From contig NC_043002.1 of the NCBI RefSeq assembly GCF_006345805.1, forward strand, positions 30,070,001 to 30,134,000: 64,000 bases of DNA, given 5' to 3'. Each line of letters starts with the position of its first letter. Positions within the stretch are counted from its first letter, which is position 1. Position numbers and translations under genes: made by a program. The stretch is from Octopus sinensis. Taxonomy: Eukaryota. The notes beneath the pieces were generated by a model. The model had not been told where the DNA came from, made no database searches, and saw only the letters and a list, made by a program, of their open reading frames with translations. This document shows, one piece after another, positions 55,621-64,000 of the stretch.

Positions 55621-55997
55621 TAGGCGCAGCCATGTCTATGTGTTAAGAAGCTCGGGTCTCTACGTCGTGAAGGCCAACTCCATAGCATACTGACTGCACA
55701 TGTGTATTGCACTAGCGGACTCTCATCAGGAAAGGTATAGCTCAAAAAACGATTTTTTAACTCCAAAATTGAAACTCTATCTGAAAGTTATTTCCTTAAC
55801 TACTAAAGCACAAGTGGTGTTACTGAAGTAGTTTGTGGCGCATTAGGAAGTGTTGGAAGTTGCCTTCGATACATGAAGGTGTGTCCTTGATGTTACGCAT
55901 TCGTAGTGCTGTGTACGAGGTAATCCCCTGCAATCCATGATCAGGGCTAATTCTTACACTGTATGAACTTACCCCTTCTATTTCAGTTTAACACGCC

Positions 55998-56425
55998 ATG
56001 CCTAGAAATTACAAAAAGAAGACTACAAGTGAGGACACCCCTTCTGATGTCATAGAAAGAGTCGCCAGAAAAGTTGCGGATGAAAAGAAATCATTACGGG
56101 ATGTTGACGTAGAACAGCGCATAGTGGATGAAATAAACGAACGGAATTCCAAACCAAGAAGGCAACTGGTACAGAAAAGGCAACAAAGGGGAGAGGAGAG
56201 TCAACTAAAACAGGTAAAGACAAAGGGAAGCAGCCTCGCAGTAAGCAAGTCGCCGATTGGAAATGCCTTGACTGCTCAGATTGATATTCCAACTCCCTTC
56301 CATGTGAAGAATGGGTGTAATGCATGATCTGTAAAGCCTGGGCACACACTGACTGTACCGATGGACGACAGGACTTTCTGTGTGATCTGTGTGGTGAGAA
56401 GTTAATGGAGGACGATTCCGACTAG
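55998..56425 (+). pseudogene. pogo/Tigger-like transposase deletion derivative (HTH N-terminus joined to PHD-like C-terminus), copy 1 with frameshift
   Basis: MPRNYKKKT...V....KSLR start, then Cys/His pattern WKCLDC...EEWV*CMICKAWAHTDC......FLCDLC, with stops. No DDE domain. Confidence 0.7.
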
Positions 56426-56661
56426 ATGGCACATATAGCAATGGGGAAAATTGGCTGATGAAGACTCTCAGTATCACAGTTAGGATATGAGGTGGTTCAA
56501 AGCACAATTAATTAATTAAAATAATACTTCCTAGATGCAAGAAGCAGGAAACGTATTCATTTTAAACTTGTTTGTTAACATAATTCCGAATTGTCTACAG
56601 TTGTAACAAAATACCCCAGTAGGTGTCATAACGTACCCTGCACTCGGGGAAAATTGTTACA

Positions 56662-56695
56662 GCTGTCCGACGAACGGGAACGTGAAACTCAGAGT
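56662..56695 (+). ncRNA. Non-canonical hammerhead-like motif (family C); duplicate at 58068-58101
   Basis: GCUGU-CCGACGA-ACG(GGAA)CGU-GAAA-CUC-AGAGU. The core-like boxes flank a 3-bp stem with a GNRA loop, but U4 is C and stem III is only ACU. Confidence 0.35.
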
Positions 56696-56751
56696 AACGG
56701 ATTTTGTAATATTCTTGCTGCTTGTAAATAAAGTATATATATATATATGTG

Positions 56752-56812
<61 letters not shown>

Positions 56813-57402
56813 GTTAATCGAAACATGAAAGCACAAACAGAAAACACAACAACGCGAGGACGTGGAACAAGTATAGAGTTATTTGGACGCTCAGTAAGGA
56901 AAGAAAGAAGGAGGAATTAACGTTTCGAGCGGAGCTCTTCGTCAAAAACATAGGAATAAGAAAGATTCAAGGAAGGGAAGACGGAGAAAAAAATCGCCAA
57001 CGGTACACACACGGTCGTGTGTGTGTAGGCGCAGCCATGTCTATGTGTTAAGAAGCTCGGGTCTCTACGTCGTGAAGGCCAACTCCATAGCATACTGACT
57101 GCACATGTGTATTGCACTAGCGGACTCTCATCAGGAAAGGTATAGCTCAAAAAACGATTTTTTAACTCCAAAATTGAAACTCTATCTGAAAGTTATTTCC
57201 TTAACTACTAAAGCACAAGTGGTGTTACTGAAGTAGTTTGTGGCTCATTAGGAAGTGTTGGAAGTTGCCTTCGATACATGAAGGTGTGTCCTTGATGTTA
57301 CGCATTCGTAGTGCTGTGTACGAGGTAATCCCCTGCAATCCATGATCAGGGCTAATTCTTACACTGTATGAACTTACCCCTTCTATTTCAGTTTAACACG
57401 CC

Positions 57403-57831
57403 ATGCCTAGAAATTACAAAAAGAAGACTACAAGTGAGGACACCCCTTCTGATGTCATAGAAAGAGTCGCCAGAAAAGTTGCGGATGAAAAGAAATCATT
57501 ACGGGATGTTGACGTAGAACAGCGCATAGTGGATGAAATAAACGAACGGAATTCCAAACCAAAGAAGGCAACTGGTACAGAAAAGGCAACAAAGGGGAGA
57601 GGAGAGTCAACTAAAACAGGTAAAGACAAAGGGAAGCAGCCTCGCAGTAAGCAAGTCGCCGATTGGAAATGCCTTGACTGCTCAGATTGATATTCCAACT
57701 CCCTTCCATGTGAAGAATGGGTGTAATGCATGATCTGTAAAGCCTGGGCACACACTGACTGTACCGATGGACGACAGGACTTTCTGTGTGATCTGTGTGG
57801 TGAGAAGTTAATGGAGGACGATTCCGACTAG
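57403..57831 (+). pseudogene. pogo/Tigger-like deletion derivative, copy 2
   Basis: Same as copy 1. One extra A at about 57561 keeps MPRNY...WKCLDCSD in a single frame up to an in-frame stop. Confidence 0.7.
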
Positions 57832-58139
57832 ATGGCACATATAGCAATGGGGAAAATTGGCTGATGAAGACTCTCAGTATCACAGTTAGGATATGAGGTG
57901 GTTCAAAGCACAATTAATTAATTAAAATAATACTTCCTAGATGCAAGAAGCAGGAAACGTATTCATTTTAAACTTGTTTGTTAACATAATTCCGAATTGT
58001 CTACAGTTGTAACAAAATACCCCAGTAGGTGTCATAACGTACCCTGCACTCGGGGAAAATTGTTACAGCTGTCCGACGAACGGGAACGTGAAACTCAGAG
58101 TAACGGATTTTGTAATATTCTTGCTGCTTGTAAATAAAG

Positions 58140-58178
<39 letters not shown>

Positions 58179-58179
58179 A

Positions 58180-60324
58180 CCAAAATCACGTACCAGACCC
58201 GATAGAACACAGAATTTAAATAAGCACACAGAACCCGAAGATCATAAATTTGTCAAATAGAAACCTCAACAAGAATGAGATAAACCTCCTATTAAAAGGT
58301 TTCAAGTTTACCCCGACACTCACCCCTAATCTCATTGAACTGAAATCTGATACTGAACAATTCAACCGCCACTTCCAACTTATAGAATTATTCAGCAGTA
58401 AAGATTTAAATGATGAATAAATAGTAAGAAATAAATCTCACTTCTCTCCCTGCAAGGGAAAGGACAAATATTTAGACGTGTATATAGACAAAATTTCAAA
58501 ATTTCCCCTAAACACACAGAGACGCAAACAAAATTTTCGTAAAGAAAAAAAGGAAGCCTTATAAACACTGAAGAATGACAACTCAATCATCCTAAAAGAA
58601 GTCGATAAGGGAAGGTCGATAGAAATCATGACCAAGGACTATTATAAAGATAAAAACTGGAAATTTTAACAAACCACACGGTTCCGGGTTCAGTCCCATT
58701 GCGTGGCACTTTGGGCAAATATTTCCTACTATAGCCTCGGGCCTACCAAAGCCTTGTGGGTGGATTTAGTAGACGGAAACAGAAATAATCCCGTCGTATA
58801 TATATGTTTGTATGTCTGTGTTTGTCCCCTCAATATCTCTTGACAACCAATTCTGGTGTGTTTATGTCCCCGTAACTTAGCGGTTCGGCATAATAACCGA
58901 CATAATAACTACTAGGCTTACAAAGAATAAATCGTGGTGCCAGTTTATTCGACTGAAGGTGGTGCTCCAGCATGGTTGCAGTCAAATGACTGAAACAATT
59001 AATATAATAAAAGAAAAAGAAATATACCAAACCTACTACAAGGAAGAAGCAAGACACCCAGAAAAAAAAACAATAACGAATAAAATCAGAAGTCTAATCA
59101 ATGAATTCCAAGATTCCTTCACAGACAAGGAGAAATATTATATATGCAACTCTGTAATCAAAGAAAGCAATTTCTACAGATTACCCAAGATCCACAAACG
59201 CTCCGAAATACAAAGTGCCATAAATAAGCAGAAGAACCAATACGTAAAAATATTAAACCTTGCTTACCTCAAACTAAGACCAATAGTTGCTGGACCTCAA
59301 GCAACAACACCACATCTAAGTCATTTTTTAGATATACTCCTAAAACCTTTGTGCCCTTTAATACCCAGTTATGTACAGAATGACATAGATTTCATCCAAC
59401 ACGTTCCTGCCTCTGTCGCAGAATGTGCTATACTTACAAGTTTTGATGTCACCAATCTCTATACTAATATATCGCACACTTTAGACCTAGAAGCAATCGA
59501 ACACTAAGTCGAGAAACATAGAGGACAGATAAATGAAAGCTTCTTGACTGACTTCATCACCAAGGCAACACGCCTAGTTCTAGAAGTTCTTTAGATTCGA
59601 CAATAAAACATATCGACAGATAAAAGGGAACAGCTATAGGGACGCGGTTTGTGCCCTCATATGCAAACTTAGTTATGGGATACTTGGAAGAAAAGCTTTA
59701 TGAAGTACAAAAACTGCTTCATAAAGAAGATGATGCAATCATCAAGGAAGCATGGAAACGCTTCCTTGATGATTGCTTCATCTTCTGGGACAGATCGAAT
59801 AAAGACCTAAGTACATTTAACAATATAATGAACGCACTTCACCAATTCATGAAATTCACGAGAGAATCCAGTTGTATTGAATTACCATTCCTGGATATCC
59901 ACATAAAAATACAGAACTCCACACTCACAACAGACTTATTTTACAAATAAAAAAAAAAAAAAAAACTGGCAGACATCAATATTTAAATTTCTACTCTTGC
60001 CATCCATCACACATCAAAAGAAACAACCCATACAGCGTGGCAAGACGCATCTGTGCTATAGTGACTAGCCCCAAAATAAGAGAAATCCAACTCAACGAAC
60101 TCAAAGGCTTCTTCACAATGCAGACATACCTTTTAGGATTGATTAATGATGGAATTAAAAAGGCGATGAAACTGAACATGACCCAACAACGGGCACCTAA
60201 GGAAAATGTTAATGAAAACACGATTTCGTTCGTAAACACACAGAGTTCTGGGATAAAGAGCATCTTCCACGCCATAAAATCGAACTTACCTATACTCCTA
60301 CAAAGCCCCAAAACGAAAAATCTG

Positions 60325-60330
<6 letters not shown>
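58180..60330 (+). pseudogene. Penelope-like element reverse transcriptase pseudogene (no GIY-YIG domain seen), interrupted by a SINE
   Basis: Motifs in order: IINLSNRNLNKNEINLLLKGFKFTP; ILKEVDKG; FYRLPKIHK; LRPIVAG; SFDVTNLYTNI; PSYANLVMG; KRFLDDCF; LPFLDI; HPSHIKRN.PYSVARRI. Contains stops and frameshifts and ends in (TA)n at about 60330. Confidence 0.92.
58670..58998 (+). mobile_element. SINE (31034 family) inserted into the PLE ORF
   Basis: CACACGGTTCCGGGTTCAGTCCC...CAGTCAAATGACTGAAACAA splits the PLE reading frame between LEILTN and TYYKEE. Confidence 0.88.
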
Positions 60331-60395
<65 letters not shown>

Positions 60396-60814
60396 TATAT
60401 ATATATAATTTTTTTCTAAACTTCTAGCGAGAGGGAAGGTTGGTATGCATGGGCGACTGCTAGTCTTCCATAAACAACCTTGCCCGGACTTGTGTCAAGG
60501 AGGGTAACTTTCTAGGTGCAATCCCATTGTCAATCATGACCGAAGGGGGTCTCCGACTCCGATATAAATGTATATATATATATATACACATATATATTGA
60601 GAAAAAAGGTCGCCAGAATTTTAGAAAAAAATATTTTTATTTATTCACGGTGGAGCTCCAGTATGACAAAAGTCATGTGGCTGAAGTAAAAAATAAAAGA
60701 AATAAATGATAGCATGTATATGTTAAGATTAATTACACAATTTATTTTTTAAATATTCTTTTGGTTGCCGAATAAAACACTGATAATAAAGCTTTATAAT
60801 TATTTTCTCCTTTA

Positions 60815-60960
60815 GGCGGCGAGCTAGCAGAATAGTTAACGTGCCGGACGAAATGCTTACCAGCTTGACTCCATCTGTACTCTTTGAGCTTAGATTCTAC
60901 CAAGGTTTACTCGACTATACCCCTCCCTCAATTTCAGGCCTTGTGCCTATAGCAGAAAGG
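60815..60960 (+). mobile_element. Degenerate tRNA-derived SINE (36448 family)
   Basis: GGCGGCGAGCTAGCAGAA head and CAATTTCAGGCCTTGTGCCTATAGCAGAAAGGAT tail. Confidence 0.65.
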
Positions 60961-62958
60961 ATCATTATTTTCTTTTTCTTTTTTTTTTAATTCAGCAGTG
61001 CTTCAATTTAATATCAAGCGGAAATGTAAAACCTGTCCCATATTCAGCCTTACCTCGTTTTGTAGAAGATATCTTAGTGAGTCGGATGAGTATTACTATT
61101 AGCCTTTGATTAGAAATCAGCAACGAATTGTATTTTCTAATACATCGCTTTCGTATCATCGGCTTGTGTATGTAATTTTTCTTTAAAATATAGAAGATAT
61201 TTTTCTTTATTATTTTGAAACATTAATTCCACCACAAATAGTGAAAAATGTCCTGCATCTTTGTTTACATGCTTTTATGCATGCATGTGTTAATAAGTGT
61301 ATCTATGATTCTGTGTGTGTGTGCTTTATATTTTTATAAGGATGATAAATCTCGAAGTAAATAAAGCTGCAAATAACGGCGTGATATGACCACGCTTCTA
61401 GACAAAGAATCTAAATTTCTTTACCATCAAAGTAAAGGAAAAATTAGTAGAAAGAATAAGTCAAACGAAAGGGAAAGATACCAGAGTCTCTGTAGCTCTG
61501 CATTAGCATTTGAATCAGATTCCATCATTTCAATATATTAACAGCTCTGTCACCCGCTTCAGCGTGCCGGTGAATCTGAGGAAAAATCTACTTTTTAAAC
61601 TTAGTGAAGATAGAATAATAGTTAACAATTGGGACAACAAGACATAAATCATCGTGTTTCTGATATCTTTAACAAAAGATAAGACGTATTCGAGAATATA
61701 CGAAAAAGATAAATCATGTACGATAAATATTAAGGTATTTTAATATAAGTAAGAATGATATAGAAAATAATATTTTTTGCCGCCATGATAAATCGGACGA
61801 CAGACGAAATAGCAAAGATATTAGAGGTAAAATGAAAGCCTTTCGTCTGAAGAGAAATAGAAGAGAAAAAAACAAAGAAATGAAACGGAGGCAGTGACGA
61901 TTATGTAACGCTGAATAAACAGAAATAGTCGATTTTTGATATAAGCACTCGGCAAAAAAGGAAAAGAGATGGAAACGAAGGACACAAATGCAAAGACTAA
62001 AGTGGCTTCAAGTATGAAATGGAACGAAACAAATATGGGCATTCCGGAGCGGAAGAAATATTGATCATTGACGAGAAGGAAAGAGACAAAGAACGAAGTA
62101 GAGAGGAGGGGTAGAAGATAGAGAGAGAGGGAATACAAAGGTGTGATGGGAGGAGATAGAAGAATAAAAAGATAGAAAAGGAAAGATGAAATATAGGACT
62201 AGGACTATCGTGAAAAATGTAACCAGCAAATTTAGGCCAAAAATTTGTGCAAAAATTAAGCACAAAAATAAGCAGACAGCTATAGATGTATAGGCTGCTA
62301 AATACATGATGTATAAGCGGATAATACGTATTGCCCCAGCGTGGTTACAGCTCCTGGTTGAAAGCAAAAAAAAAAAATTAAGAAAGAACATATTAACAGA
62401 AACACTTACAGACATACCTCTCAACGCCAGTATACAGACGTTTCTATAGTTTGAATGCAATGCGAAATAACACGTACAAGGCAGGAGTAACAGAGTTTGC
62501 CGAAAACGGTATTAGCTCAATGCTCTAATGCAATGAGAAATGTTTTATATGTATGATGTCAGTATACAAGCGTGCATATGTATGTATGTGTGTGTGTGCT
62601 TGTGCATGTGTGTGTGTGTATGTGTGTGTGTGACAGCGTTGATAGGTAGACATGATTGCTTGGAGTTGTGTTTGTATGTCTTTAAGTATATGTTTGTATA
62701 TATATATATACTTATGTAATTATATATGTATTTATATGTGCATGAAATATATATGCACTACGCATACATACATAGATAAATACACACATGTATATGATTC
62801 TTCTAATTTATGTGCATACAAACACATAGCTGGTATAGACGTTAGCGGTTTACATGTGAACATACTACACACACATTTGCAGGCGCAAACTCATTCACCT
62901 CGCACACGCACACACACAAGCTAACACACAGATACACTCACGCAAACACCAACACAGA

Positions 62959-62997
<39 letters not shown>

Positions 62998-63496
62998 GAG
63001 ATATATAGCCCATCTGAAAGCGTAGATCAAATCAAGACTGTAAACAACAGGCTGCCAACAAGCCTTCGGAACGGTCAATCAGGTATGTCCTGGGGCTAAA
63101 CATCAATAACAACCACTACTACAATAACAACAGGCCGTTATTACGGTGCAGCAATCACAGATTACTTGTATTCAACTAATAACCGGATGAACGGTTTGAT
63201 TGTGACAGAAGAATTTTACATCCAGCAACTCAAGAATCCGTAAATATCCACATTTTAAGCGAAAAGGAGTAGTTTTTCTATAATATGTTACTTAATGATA
63301 GTTCTAGTGTAGATCCATCAATTTATGATCGGCTCCGATTATGTCTTCAACGAAGTCAGCTGTTGGTTTGGACCGACTTTCACCAGTCTACAGCTCACCC
63401 TGCTTCTATTCTATTTCTCTCTTTTGAATCAACACTTGAATCCCCTTTCCCTCCCTCACTCGCGATTCCACTTATCACTCTCTCATCTAATTTAGT

Positions 63497-63536
<40 letters not shown>

Positions 63537-64000
63537 TCCTTTATCTTTATATTTTTCTTCTCTTAACTTCTCTTCTATTTTCGTCGAGGTGGCTGGCATA
63601 AAGTAGGAAGCGAAAGAGATGTGTTCTTAACAGATAAATAAAGGATATGTGTATCTATGTGGAATTCACAATTGCCATTAACGGTATCCCTGTAGAAGAG
63701 CCAAACATGGCGATGGAGATATTTACTGGCGAAAGTGAAAATGAAAATATAAACAGCAATAGATCATTGATGTGATAAGCCGGGCGGAAGATGGAAAATG
63801 GAAGATGAGCGCAGAAAAGCGAATTTCTATGGTGATTTGATTTTGAAACAAATTTAAAGTGTATAGTCTAAGTATGCGTGTACGTATGACTGGCTGAATA
63901 AAAGGATGGATGGACAGAAATACGGAAAGGATGATATTATATGTATGTATGTACTGTATATATGTATGTATGTATGTATACATGTATGTATTTACATACA

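Larger units (their letters stand above)
55404..58139. repeat. Tandem duplication, unit 1406 bp (2 copies)
   Basis: 55404 aligns with 56810 and 56733 aligns with 58139. Only about 3 differences seen in unique sequence. (TA)n(TG)n spacers lie at 55319-55403, 56734-56809 and 58140-58177. Confidence 0.95.

Noticed and set aside
55705-55735. Minus-strand CCTGATGAGAGTCC resembling an HHR 5' core
   Set aside because: No downstream complementary stem II strand or GAAA.

Overview
AT-rich, microsatellite-saturated eukaryotic DNA, intronic or intergenic. The SINE families present look like those I recognise from Octopus (coleoid cephalopod); this comes from recall, not a database search. I can support no intact host gene, and almost all supplied ORFs are translations of (TA)n, (CA)n or (TAGA)n tracts. 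The recognisable content is decayed mobile DNA: about 15 tRNA-derived SINEs; five minus-strand fragments of RLE-type (Dong/R4-like) LINEs; one CRE-like and two APE-type LINE remnants; two mariner derivatives; a pogo-like deletion derivative; a Helitron-type non-autonomous element; a palindromic MITE; and a 2.1-kb Penelope-like (PLE) reverse transcriptase pseudogene. Three young tandem duplications occur, with units of about 840 bp, 1.35-1.4 kb and 1.4 kb. The most interesting signal is a set of minimal hammerhead-ribozyme (HHR) motifs in three sequence families carried by short microsatellite-anchored repeats. One is fused to a tRNA-SINE head, and one lies just upstream of the PLE ORF.
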